Positions 24,642 through 36,961 of a stretch of DNA of 64,000 nt are shown piece by piece (the first letter of the stretch is position 1; each line of letters opens with the position of its first letter). The notes beneath the pieces are model-generated. The model made no database searches, was not told the DNA's origin, and saw only the letters and a program-made list of their open reading frames with translations. This stretch comes from Thelocarpon superellum (lineage: Eukaryota), in the NCBI GenBank assembly GCA_026025795.1, contig JAPEUG010000002.1, positions 1 to 64,000 on the forward strand, given 5' to 3'. The position numbers and the translations under genes are program-made.

Positions 24642-25482
24642 TCAGGACTTGTGCGGAGGAATCTGATTGGGGTCGGTGTTCACTAGTTGTATGTCACCAT
24701 TTGTGTTCCCGCCTTTTCCGTTTCCACTTCCACTTCCACCTCCGCCACCGCCGCCGCCGAAGATGCTTTTGATAAAGCCACCGAACCCGCCCTCGCCCTT
24801 GGTCTTCCGGGCAGGAGCGGGGACAACCTCCACCACGGTGGGACCTTGGGTCTCCACGACCTCAGTGCCCTGATTACCTTGGGATCCTGCTTGGGTCGTG
24901 TTGGCGGGCACGAAAGTTTCGGATTGGGTCTGGGGAATGGGAGAGGCTTCCCGCCCTTCTATCCCGGAGTCACGCTTGGCCTTGTGAGAGGTAGTGGAAG
25001 CGAATCGCCTGCGAGCTCTAGTCCTGGCCCGGCGCATCTCCATTTTCGGCGGGGATAAGGGCTCAGTGCCGAGGGCAGAGTTGAAAGCATCCGCTGTATT
25101 GTGGGTCAGCTACCTTCTGGACGTCTCTTGGGTGGGGAAGCCGACCCGCTGCTTGCCCCTGAAGGTTTTTGGCGGCCGCTTGGCCGTCCGCACATGCTAT
25201 CACGGCATCGCCACTAGCATTGCAGCTCTCTCGGAGGCGGTCGCAAATGAATTGACTGATGATGGTGAAATCCTGGTCGGGCTTATGCTTGAATTGCGTC
25301 ATGTCGGAGGGCTTGTAGGCCATGTCCTCATGACCTTCAGATCCTCCATCGAAGACGATCGCAGGATCGTGACACGTTCCCAAAATGAGCGGTCGCTCGG
25401 TTTGCGAGTGATACGGCCTGGCGAGCGCGGGGGTCACCAGGACCGCCATGAAGGGGACGAGACCCTTCATCCTTATAAGCAT
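24642..25482 (-). CDS. Secreted protein with an N-terminal four-Cys module and a Thr/Gly-rich tail, 2 exons (25482-25146, 25093-24642)
   Basis: Signal peptide MKGLVPFMAVLVTPALA. Module LGTCHDPAIVF...IISQFICDRLRESC...AC...GQAA|ADAFNSALG is restored by a 52-nt GT...GCTGAC...CAG intron. TATAAA lies at about 25687-25694. Confidence 0.75.
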
Positions 25483-26572
25483 GAGGAGCGAGGCTGGTCA
25501 ACCAAGGCGCACAGCAAATAGGAGCACAGCTACGAGCGACGACATTAGCTCAGGTTTGTCTCGTGAGTAGAGACAGCTCACCTCAACCACCAAGAGATAG
25601 AGAATAGATGGCAAAGTAGGGTCTCCAGCAGCCGCTCATCACCCTAGCCTTGACCACGGCTCCGCGAGCGACCGAGCATTCTGCTCTTTATAAAGGTGTC
25701 TTGCATCAAGGCTTGCATGATGATGCGGGGGCAGAGATCTCGCTCCCGCCGCCGCTAGGAACGGTGCCGAGCGGATGGGTGACCTTGAGGACAGGCGACG
25801 AGAGGTATTTGCTGGATGGCCAGCCGCCGAGCTACGAGGGTGAGAGAGGAGGGTGAGAGAGCATGGATTGTGTATGTGAGCGAGAGGAGACGACCGAGAA
25901 CGTGGGACGTGATCTGATACACCTGGGTTCATAAGCATGATGGTGGAAGAGGTCGCGAGCTGTCTCACGGCCGCTTCGTCCCGCGCATGCCCAAGCGAGT
26001 CATGCCCGACTTTCGACCCCCAGCCTGCGGAGAGTCACTTGCTTCATTGACGACATCTCGGCTGCAGCTAAGGTCGTTCAGGCCGGGATAGTCTACGCCC
26101 ATGCCATGCAGCAGCGGTCGATGGGTTCGTTCGTGGGTGGAAGCAACGTCCCCCTGAGACCTTTCCATCCTTCTCGATTCCCACCTTGCCGTCCCCGTTT
26201 CCCACGCCATGCCCAGTGGCAGACCGCGCTCCTTGCACGCATCCGGCCCCCCGGAACTCACTCGATGGGTGAACTTCGGCTGCAGTTTGGCCGGAGTGGA
26301 CCGAGAGGGGGACTATTGACAAGACATGATCGTCATGTGGCCGGCTCCGACGTGCCTTGCGCCCACGCTCACATTTCATTCTTTTCGTCTAGGGTCGAAC
26401 CACACCCATGATTCGATAGCTGTAAATGGAGTCCACTCCCACCCTCATGTCACCTCCTTGCTGGTTTTCAGGAGCTCGGAGCCCTCGATCTATTCGCTGC
26501 CCTACCTACGTAAGTTCACTCTACGACGATAGCTCAGTATAGACTCAACACGTCTCCATCCGGCCCCTTACT

Positions 26573-27471
26573 CTACCGGTCCTTCTTCGGCGTCCCATCG
26601 CTGCCCTCCATAGCGGCGTATCGGTCGCTGAGGTTGCTGTATTCCTTGCTCAGGCCCTCGCTCTGCTTCTTCAAGGTCTCCAGGTCGCGGTCCTTCTGCG
26701 CAAGCTGCTCCTTGAGGCTGCCAATCTCGCCTGCGTTGGCCGCGTCGGAGAGCGCGACCGAGTCCTTGCCGCCGGCGACGGCATCGCCTTGCAGCGCCTT
26801 GACCTTCTCCTCGAGGCGGAGCACGTCGAGGATCATCATATAGGTGCGGTTGAGGATCAACGACAGGAACAGGGTGAATCCGCAAAGGTACATGTTGCGC
26901 TGAGAGTAGAATTTGCGCGCCTGGACTTCCATGCGCTCGGAGCCACCCATGACGACCGCACGGCTAGACAGCTTCGGTCAGCGGAAGTGATCGGGTAGAC
27001 GATGGTGACTTGTGTGACTTGCCCGCCGGAGTTGGTACTCTCGGATGCCGCGGCCAGCTCGATTTGGACCCGGTAGACGCGATTCACGCTGTCGATGAAG
27101 AGGATCAAGACGGCGAGGAAGCTAATCTGTCGTGCGGGTCAGCTTGCCTTCCCAACCGTCCGCCGAACCCGCCGCCGCAAGCGTACCTTCATGCCATACT
27201 GAAGTTTGGCCACCAGGGGACTGTGCGAGATGAAGGCGAAGAGCTTCCGTCGCCAGGTGAAGGGTAGCGGCACGATGAGCAGCAAGAACAAGCTCATCTC
27301 ACCCACGAGCATGAGGAAGACCTGGGGAGAGGAGCCATGTCAGCGACCACGCCCAAGAGCCTGTGGGGGGCAGGGAAGATCCAGCCGCGATGCTTCTTGG
27401 AGCCACATGCTCTCCAGATATATCGTTGGCTTTCTATCGTCCACGCATACCAAACTAAAGTACAGCGTCAT
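26573..27471 (-). CDS. YET3: B-cell receptor-associated protein 31-like ER membrane protein (Yet/BAP31 family), 4 exons
   Basis: MTLYFSL|VFLMLVGEM...LPFTWRRKLF...ILFIDSVNRV...ARKFYSQRNMYLCGFTLFLSLIL, a coiled-coil tail, and a C-terminal KKDR dilysine ER-retrieval signal. Introns 27450-27322, 27186-27127, 27022-26964 (GC-AG). Confidence 0.9.
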
Positions 27472-28026
27472 CTTGGCGTCTGTCGCTGTGATCCGGGGGA
27501 AGTGGCGGGTGGGTGTTGGTTGGCGAGAGAAGCTGTAGCCTGAGCCGGGTAGACAACAGCGTTCCTTGAAGTGATCCTGGGGCCAGCGACACGTCAAAAG
27601 CTGACAAGTAGTGCAAGTGGTCGATCTGAGGCGCCTGCTACAGCTCCAGGGTCTAAGGGCGATGTCCGCTGCTGGCAGGACAGGATGAGGTTGTGGTCGG
27701 GTGACGTTTTCGCTCTCGTGCTTGGACAGTGCCGACCAGGGCGACGAAATGGATTGCTGTGGCTCGACCGGTCGCCTGGAGGCGGGCGGCGGGTGCACAG
27801 CCACACCTCGCAGCCTACGTCATCTTTCATCGCGCGTGCCTTGGCAGCTTCCTCGTTCAGTGCAACAGGTCCTCCGGACGCAAGAGGTCCATGCGGAAGT
27901 GCCAACACTGTGCGAGTATGCCGTTGGTGTCGTCGATCTGGTCTACTGTCTGTCCTATCGTATATGCTACGGGGTGGGCGCGGTGGTGGGAAAGGTCATC
28001 ATCCCACCCGGCCGTCGCTTGGTCGA

Positions 28027-30459
28027 TTAGCCCTCAGCTTCGATCTCGTAGCTGTTACTACGATGTTTCGGCTCAAACTTGAAGTCCTTGTGCGCCGGCC
28101 CCAGAAACATCTCGCTGGAGGGCGATCAGTAAAGGTACGGAGCGCAGGTTGATGAGCATGACATCGTGCGGTCACGTACCTTATCTTGATCCAGTCCTTG
28201 TAGTTCCCACTACCAAGCAGCGTTTCCAGCTCGTTCCGCCCCTTCCATGCAGGCGGACGATCTTGGATGCTCGGTGGAAGGTGCTCGAGGATCCCCAATG
28301 GCACGTAGCGGTATGTGAAACTAAGCCACTCCAAGAGGAAGCGTCGCGTCGTGCCCACGCCCATCTCGTCCGAACCCCATGTCTGCAGCCCGTACTTGGC
28401 GTATCGCTCCACGTACGCCAGGCGCTCGGTGGCCGACTTGTCCAGGTATTGGTTCTGCGCAATCTCCTCGAAGATCCAGGGCTTGATCAGAGCGCCTCGG
28501 GCGAGCATGATCGAGTCGACCTTGGCATGTTCCAAGTGGGAGTTGTAGTCGACGTGAGAGAAGCAATCCCCATTACCGATGAAGGCGATCTTCCCACCCT
28601 GCCCCGCCGGGAGGTCTCGTGCATCGGCCTCTCGCACGGTGTCGGCGGCCTGGTCGCCGTCTTGATGGAAGCGTTTGATCAAGGCGGCACACTCCGAAAT
28701 GTACTCCCAGTCGGCGCTTTTCGTGTAGCGCTGCTGGCGACTCCGCCCGTGTAAAGTCACGGCCGCGACGCCCGCTGGCCCTTCACCGAGAGCATGGGCT
28801 TCGTAGCCTCCAACGGCGAGTCGTTCCACGAGCTTCAGCGCCATGGGCCGGTCGTTCTTGGTGCCCATCCGGATTTTCACCGTGATGGGCACTTCTCCCG
28901 ACACGGCATTCATCCCGCGAAGCATCTTCTCCAATTTCGCCGGGTTCTCCAACAGGGCCGATCCCGCACCTGCGCGGTAGATGAGGTCGATGGGGCAGCC
29001 GCAGTTGAGGTCAATCACTCGTAAGTGTGGACATAGGGTCGTCAGAATCTCCGTGGCTTTCAGCACCTGCCACGGCTTGTTGCCGGCGATCTGCGCCCCA
29101 AATTTGAGATCCTTCGACCCGTCGTATCCGGCCACGATCCTGCCCTTGCCCCCGAATCGTGGCGGGGTGGTCTCGGACTCGTGCGCCTTCAGCAGCGCCC
29201 ACTCTGACTTGTTGCCCTGAATGAGCGGTAGGCTCATGGCCATTTCCGAGTACGTCAGCTGGGCACCCAGGTCCATGCAGAGGCGACGGAATGGCAGATT
29301 CCCTTGCGTCGTCAAGGGCGCGAGGATTGGCGTCTCGGGCCCAAAGTAGACCCGACGCTTCTCCGACGGCAGGAAGGGGGCCTCCGTGTACGCGGCGCGA
29401 GTATCTTGTTGGCGTTTACGATCCTCCGCTGTATCGGGCACGCTTGCAGCTTCGCCGTTGCGCGACTCGTCCGTGTCGTCTCTCTTCTTCCCATGTAAGT
29501 GCTCGATCAGCTCTTGGCCGACCTTCTCCAGCCACGCCGCATACTGGTCGGCCTTTTCCGTCTTGACCTGCCGTTTCATCAAGGCCGTCTTCTGGTGCGT
29601 CCCGATGACATTCACGATGCCGACTCCTTCCGTAGATTCTCTGCTCTGCGCTCTGGCCCGCTTCCGCTCCTCGTCCTCGACCAACACCAGCTCCTTTACC
29701 CCATCACGCTCTTGTTCTTCCATGTGCGATCCAAGCAAGCGACACTTCCATCCCATCTCACATATTCCCTGCGCATCCCACAGGGGACAGAGGCCATTGA
29801 AGGTCGTGAGATCTGCTCGCTTTCCATCGGCCAGATACCTTCGTAAGTTGTGCTCATATCGGCAAGTCGTCCCATAGCGGCATTCTGTTGGCGACAGCTC
29901 ATTCGAGCGGGACCGGCTCGAGCACAGCTCGATGGCATCCCGTGAGGAACCGAACGCCCGGCCTTTATTCTGTCCGCGGGCCTTCCCCCCTTGCTTGCCA
30001 GAGGTATCGTTGCCACGCGCACCAGTGTGGTGGGCAGCCTCGGCCGCGTCGTCGGCGCTCTCCAGAGGCGTAGAGGATGGCTTGCTCGTCATTGGATAGA
30101 GGAGATACCTGCCACAAGAGATCAATTATGCCAATAGATGCGGACTTCGGGGCACCATGAACTCACTCGGCTTTGACCTGCGCCACACCCTTTTGCCGGG
30201 GGATTATGTGGCCCTTCTCTATTGTGGGCGCCTCGTGCTCGGCGAGCTTGATCCGTTTCGCAGGTGATTCGAACGGTGCTTCATCGAGGAAGGCACCACT
30301 TGCTCGCCCCCCATCTTTGGACTTCTCCGGTTTGGTGACCAGCAAGTCCTCCAGCGGCGCCAGGACATTCTCTTTATGAGCTCGAGGTGACTCAGATAGA
30401 AATACGGGTGCTGGCGGTTCACCAGGAGGGCCCTGGTCAGCATCAGGCGTGCCAGACAT
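28027..30459 (-). CDS. DUS3: tRNA-dihydrouridine(47) synthase, 3 exons (30459-30167, 30108-28180, 28114-28027)
   Basis: Two CCCH fingers, [56 protein letters not shown]. Spliced C-terminus [23 protein letters not shown]. Confidence 0.95.
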
Positions 30460-30857
30460 CTCAACGTGGAACCTAGATCATAGAAGTGGGCTGAGGTTGA
30501 CTTCAAAGAGAGTCGTGATAGATACAAATTTCGTGTGTGGGCTTGACATGATTTTCGGATGTGTGAAAATGCGAAGTTATTGCACGGCTTCACCAACGAT
30601 GAGACCAGGGAAGCGCGCTTCTCTCTGTTTGAACGAACCAAATACGCAAATAAAATAATACTTTCTCAGGCAAAAATATGACAACTCATTAAATTCCTAC
30701 GCCAAGTACGAATCCCGTCGGTCACGGACTTTAGAAACTCCAAATCTCTAATTCTCCAAATCTCCGAGTCTCCGAGTCTAATACATCCAGTTGCAGAGCA
30801 CGCCGCGGCCCCTTCCTAAACAACCAAGATTGATCGTCAGACGCCACTCATCCTTGT

Positions 30858-32705
30858 CTAGCTGCCAATCGTCTGCGGATTCCAAAAGAGTCTCTGGGGA
30901 TCCACTTGGTTCTTGATGTTGAGCAGCTTCTGGTACGTCTCCGGCCCGTAGTATAGCTGATGTGCCGTCGTCGCATCGAGTAGCGGATCCACATAGTTCG
31001 CGTAGGCAGCAAAATCGCCGTTGGACTGGGGACTTTCGAGCGCGTGGACGAGGTTACTGATGTAGCCAATCATAGCGTCCGTGACGTCGGCCGAGCCAGG
31101 CAGGCTGTTGTACGTCCGAGCGTAGTGCTGCATCACAAACAAGCTGGACCGATGACTGTACGCCGAGCTGTCGACCGAGTGTACATTGATCTGCGAGTCT
31201 GGACCACCATAGAGATCTATGATGCTGAACCTGTTCGCGAAACACAAGCTGGTCAGTGGCGCGAGAATTTGCAGCGGGCCCTGTTGGCACACTCACCATC
31301 CAAACTGGGTGTTCCGCCCGTTGCTTAAGAGGTAGTCGAAGTAGGACTTGACGGCAGCTTGCGTGAGAGGCTCGGCCTCCTGCGTGACGACGGATTTCGC
31401 GTACTATTCGGGTCAGCTCAGCGTTCTTCCGGCACACGCGACGGCCTCGGCAGGTGATGGGACGACCCACAAAGTTGTCATGTTCATTGTATCCAGTGAA
31501 GGGCGTCTGGAGCGTTTTCTCATTGCTCAGATCGAGCAGGGCATCAAGCCAGCCCAGCGTACGGATGGACGGGGGAGTCTTGGTGCTGACGGGCAGGCCA
31601 CGCGTCAGGGCCGGGTAGATCTGAGGATGCGTCAGTGGCGGCGCTGATCGTGTCTTCTGAGCAAAAACTGACCTTGTTCCGGAAGTTGTCCTCTCCGTTA
31701 TAGTAGAATCCATACACCCGGTACTGGTTGGGATCAAGATAGATGCGGAACGCGAGGTCGCGATCCACGATCGACGCATCCTGTGCCACCTTCTGAATGT
31801 GGAGGAAGGCGGCCGCTGCGGCGTCGGCCGAATTGAGAGCCCCCTCGAAGTTGATGGCGAAGTCGACGACAGAGTCTGGCGCAGCTTGCGTCTGCAGGTG
31901 AAAGGTAGTCACGATACCAAAGCTTTCCGCCGCGCCACGCATCACCTAGAATCTGTCAGCAACGGAAGCGGGGTGACCAAGATGGGGGCCGTCGTACATA
32001 GAAGATGTCGGGATAGGATTCGTCAGAGGCGTAGACCTGCGTGCCATTTGCTAGGACCACGTCCAGTCCCACAATGGAATCCAGAGCCAGCCCCCAGCGT
32101 CGCGAGGCAAGACCAGAGCCTCCGTGGGTGAAGTGACCTCCGATACCGACTCTGATCATCCGTCAGCGCCAAAGGTGGCGAGCAGCAGTCGAACATGCTC
32201 ACCCAGGACAGGTCCCATGTGAGACCGCGCGGTGCCCGTTGTTGTAGAGCGCCAGCGCTAGATTGCCCAATCGCACCCCGCCTCCAACCTGTGCAATCTG
32301 CGTGTTCTGGTCCACGGTGATGCTTTGAAGGTTCTCTAGATCGATCACGAAGCTTCCATCTTGGCCGCCGAGCGAGTACGACGCGTACGAGTGACCCCCG
32401 CACTTTGGCTGCACCTTGACGCCCGCCGCCGCGGCGCAGACGACCGCGTCGGACACCTGCTGGGCTGTGGTGGGCAGTGCGATGGCCGTGGGCTTATATT
32501 GCAGGCGCAAGTTATACGGCTTCGAGAGGGCGGAGAAGTTGGCCGAGGAGCTGTCGCTGAAAGCCACCTGTCGGTTCTTCAGACAGTCTTCCAGGGACGA
32601 GCCTCGCCTCTCGAGCACACCGAAGGCGAGTGGGTCGGCCGAGGGGAAGGCGAACACAGCAGTCGCCGAGAGGGCGACCGCCGTTGCCCACGGCCACATC
32701 GTCAT
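30858..32705 (-). CDS. Secreted FAD-linked oxidase, BBE-like/AA7 (glucooligosaccharide-oxidase type), 6 exons
   Basis: Signal peptide followed by a LERR propeptide. GGHSY and GTCPG|VGIGGH motifs (His/Cys bicovalent FAD sites), RGAAESFGIVT, BBE tail YANYVD...YYG...KNQVDPQRLF. Introns 32202-32152, 31997-31946, 31672-31621, 31470-31404, 31296-31231. Confidence 0.9.
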
Positions 32706-35700
32706 GGTGGCGTTGTGGTACGGAGGAGGGGGGCGGGAGAGACGCTACAGATCTTCCGGCTACGACTGAGATGAAAGCAGGAGATGAGAGCAGTAACGGT
32801 CTGGTGATGGAAATGGCCAGTCGGAAGACATGGCGTTCTTTGTATTATGGGTATGAACAGCAGCAGACCACAGCACAGCTCGAGAGCATGGGTGGATCGG
32901 AATCCATGTGATGCGTGGGATTGAGACATGCCAGGCATACACAGACGTTCTGTGGAGAGTAGAGCAAGCCGAGGAAGGTGTTGTGTGCAGCATCTCGCAC
33001 ATAGGATGAGATGCGTCCAGAAGGAGAAGTTGGAGGATGAAATGAGGCCGATCGCCTCGGCAGTTCGGCCGATTGGAGTCTTTCGCCGAGGGAACTAACG
33101 CGGAAGGGCTTCGCTGCGTGCTCGCTTCGCTGTTAAGTGCCGGCATGTCCTTTTGTCTTCCAGCGAACGGCAGTCTTCCCGTCATGGAGGCATAATGACT
33201 CGCTATAGAAGATACAATGCCACAAGGATGCAAGGTCGTCAATCTCAACTTCGCGGGAAGGTGACTGACAGAGCAGTATGAAGCTGCCATCCCGGAGTGG
33301 ATGCTTCGCGTGTGAAGAACAGTCTTCAGATAGGCACTCTGCCATACCGCAGCTGTAGCTCGTCAGTAGGACCGCCAACAGTGACCAAGGCGAAGTAGGC
33401 AGCTCGTCCACCAGCTATACCATATCTCGACAAATCACAGCAGAGGTGGCGCAGTTCACCCTATTCCGAGGCTTGGCTCGACGGTGGCCAGATGATGAGA
33501 TTGTGCATGATTTCTGCACCTATGCCATATGGGCAGATATGATGCATCTCTTTGGCAGGAAGGCGGTGATTGTCTGTGGGCACGCCAACCAATCCTTTCG
33601 ATGCCCGAAGGGTCCAAAGGGGTGCCGATCCATCTCGTGTTTTGCGATGGGCCACACCGGACTGCCCCGACGTCCACGGCGCGCTCCAGCTGATTCAGCG
33701 CCGAGACGCTTCCGCCAATTGCCTCTGATGGATGGCATCGCACGGTCAGCGTAATCCGAAGCGAGTGCAACTCGTTCCGGTCGGGCAGTAGGACCGGATG
33801 TCAACGCGAACGAATCGATGCAGGACTACTATTCAGCTAGCAGCTCCTATAGGTGGGTCGGTTCCTGGTAAGAGTGGGGTCAGAGCGCGGACTGACTCCA
33901 CTCTTAGTCATGGGCAAGAGGAGAGGTCGTGGACGGTCGCCACCGTGAAGCGCGATGGGTCTGGATCGTGATCGGTGATGGGATTCCAGGCTGGATTGGC
34001 AGCTGGACGCGGGCATGGCCAGACCCGGGAGGAGCGACATGAGGATCTACATTTAGGTCGAGGTGCAGTGCAGCGCCGTGCAGGGCACCACCGGACCGAG
34101 AACCCGGTTCACAACTGGGCGGCAGGATTGGCGGCTCGACTCGACTTGACCGAGCTGAGCAGGTGTGGCCAGATGGGGATTAGCCAATGAAACAATGAAT
34201 CATCATCAACCCCATGCCCTCTCGAGCAGCCCGCCTACCAGTGCATCGCCACCAGACTCCTTCGAGCGGCGAAGCGGCGACGCGGTGGACAGGCGGCCAG
34301 ACCGACAGGCGAGCGCAGGGTGCGCCGCGCCAACCGCTCTTGGGGACGTCCTCATAACTACATTCTGCTCTAAAATAAGATTCTCAACCTCCACGGCCGA
34401 GCCCTGCAGGCGCAGGGGTTTCTCGCGACCCCACTCCCGAGCGATCCGGACGTGGGCGGAGGAGGGCGGAGGGCGGAGGTCCAAGTCACTGGAACGTACT
34501 CGTACTCGTACCCGTAGCTCTACCTCGCGAGCGTGCCCTCTTGCTCGTCTACGTCGTCTGCCTCGTCTGTCGCCGTGATCGGTCGATGCCTTTTGCTCTC
34601 TCGCTCTCTCGCTCTCGTGAATGGACGCGAGGCCTCGCGACGCTCGCGACGACGACCTAGTCTCGGCACGGCCCAGCCAAGTGGACCAGTCCAAGCACAA
34701 GCGAGCATCCGGCCTCGTCGGCCAGTCCGTCATCGGAGGGCACGGCGGATGAGGGTGAGATCATTCGACGCGTGGCGCTGATGGGCGCTGCCCCACGACC
34801 TGACGCGACCACGGGTGGGCGGTGGCGATCTGCGGAATGACGATGGGGTTGCAGATGAGGACCTTGGAACTGTGCTCGTCGGATGGCGACCCGGAGCAAC
34901 ACGACTGGCTGGTCCGTGGCCCCGTTGTGCCCTGTCCGGGTCGGGGACGCAGGTCGCTCAGCTGGACAGGGCGCATCGGCGATGTGAGTGGAGGAGGACC
35001 GACGGTCTAGAAGGGCACTAGAAGGTTGCGCGGGTTGGGGTACGCCGCAGTACCCACCGCCTACCTGGGCGACGTTGGCGACGACGTGGGCGTCGTGGAC
35101 CCAGGTCTGGCGCGTCATCAAGGGATCTGGCTAGAGGATTTAACTTTGATCGCCACGGCGAAACGCAGTAGTAAGGTGGTAGTGTTGGCACCGGCGGCCC
35201 CGAAGCGCTGTGACAGTTGCATTGATCCAGGGGGTGGGCCACGCGACTCCACCTGACTATGCTCCAAAGGTGGGCCGGGTTCCCCTCTACTCCCTCCATT
35301 CTCCCCGTCCCGACCGACCCAACCATGTCGTCCCGAGGCAAGGCGACGGTGGCATTGGTCGGTTGTTGAATGTCGACCGACCACCGGCGCAAGCGAGTTA
35401 AGGTTTGGGAGGGTACCTTACATGACCGCGATGGAGTCCGGAAGTCACGTCGGCACCGCCACCTGGGGCGCGAAACCCGCGCATCACGAGTCAGAGGCGA
35501 GCGCGATGCTGGTTACGCAGGCGTCGCGGCCGCGGGCGCCCTCGCTCGCCCACCCGGTGCCAGCCGCGGGTAGCCTGGGGGGGCGATCGGACCGGCGGAA
35601 GCTGGGCGTGAGGTGGGTCCACCTCACGTGCCCCAGTTGCGCAGCGGCGAGCGGCGAGCGGCGAACGGCGAGCGGCACACGCGGCGCGGTTGGGCGAGCG

Positions 35701-36530
35701 CATACGGAGGATGGCGGGTGCTGGGCGAGTCAGAGGTCATCAGTTGGGAGTGGGCACGGCGCGGGGATCAGCTCGTCGCGAGGGGAAGAGAGGCCGATTG
35801 GGTGTGGGTTGGTGTCCCTTATGCCTGCTTAGTCCCGTCTGCCTCGCTCCGTGGAATATGACGAGAGGAAGTGGAGCCAGGCGCCGGCGTCGTCCAGCCA
35901 GTGAGCCGTCAGTCCGGCGGTCGGTCGTCACCGATACGCCGAGCTACTTGGACATGGCGTGGGACAGTGGGCAAATGCATGAATGCATGGGGCTCGGAGG
36001 CTCCCTGGGCGGGCTCCTGGGGCCGACGGGCGTGGGCGGAGGCGTGGGCGCTGGCCAGCGCCCACGCCGGGCGCACGGGCATCGCGCGGCGGCAGGGGGC
36101 AGACGGTGACGGTGGGATCGGCTGAGGGATGAAGTAGTCGGCACTCGTCGGCCTCCTCCGTAGGCGAGGCGTAGGCGTGGGTGAGGGCCTCGCTGGGGGA
36201 CTCGCCAGTACGCTGTCGGTCCGTGGAGCTTCTCAGGTAAAGTCAGGTCACTTTGGGGGTTGAATGTAGCGTAGTGTACCCGGACGTACCGTCGAACCCC
36301 CAATTACTCAACCTCCGCCGTCGCCGTCGCCAGTACGGTGGTCTGCCGTCGTCGCTTCGTCACCATTGACTCCCTCATCACCGTCTTATTGTTGCCACTC
36401 CTTCTTCTACAAGAGCACGCCCTCCCACCGGCTCACGCATTTCCCCCCATCGCCCTTCCATCCACACGACTGCCCCGCCCCGCCCACGTCCGATCTGCTC
36501 TGTGCTCGCTTCACACCGCCCACCACGCAC

Positions 36531-36565
36531 CGCCCAGCGCCCAGCGCCCAGCGCCCAGCGCCCAG
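36531..36565. repeat. (CGCCCAG)5 heptamer tandem repeat in the SFP1 leader
   Basis: Five perfect copies read directly. Confidence 0.9.
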
Positions 36566-36961
36566 CACCAACGGCACACCACTCGTCATTCAACCCATTC
36601 GCAATCGGCCCGCTCTCGACCCGGAACCGCCAGCTTGATTCCCCCACAATCCGCTCCCACCACCGAGAAGCTGGATTCTTCCACCAGTCCTCCGCCGCTA
36701 CATTATTCGCCTGCCATCCCCGAGGCCGGGCGCGTCTCCACCGCCGAGAGCACACCGGTGAGCACGCCGATCGACCTTGCGCTTCATCCGCGGCGGGGCG
36801 AGAAAGAGCGGGACCTCGGGCTCCCCTGGCACCGGAGACCCATCGGCCCAGGGAACAGCCGCTCTGACCTGTACTTGGATTCTGCGCTCCTCGACCCCGA
36901 TTTTCCCGACGCCACTTTCCCCCTGTTCCCGCGCTCTCCCGAGCCAGACGCGGTGTGCGCG

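Noticed and set aside
30597..30604. PAC-like CGATGAG upstream of DUS3, and GATGAG upstream of ROK1
   Set aside because: The hexamer is frequent throughout the window and cannot be distinguished from chance.
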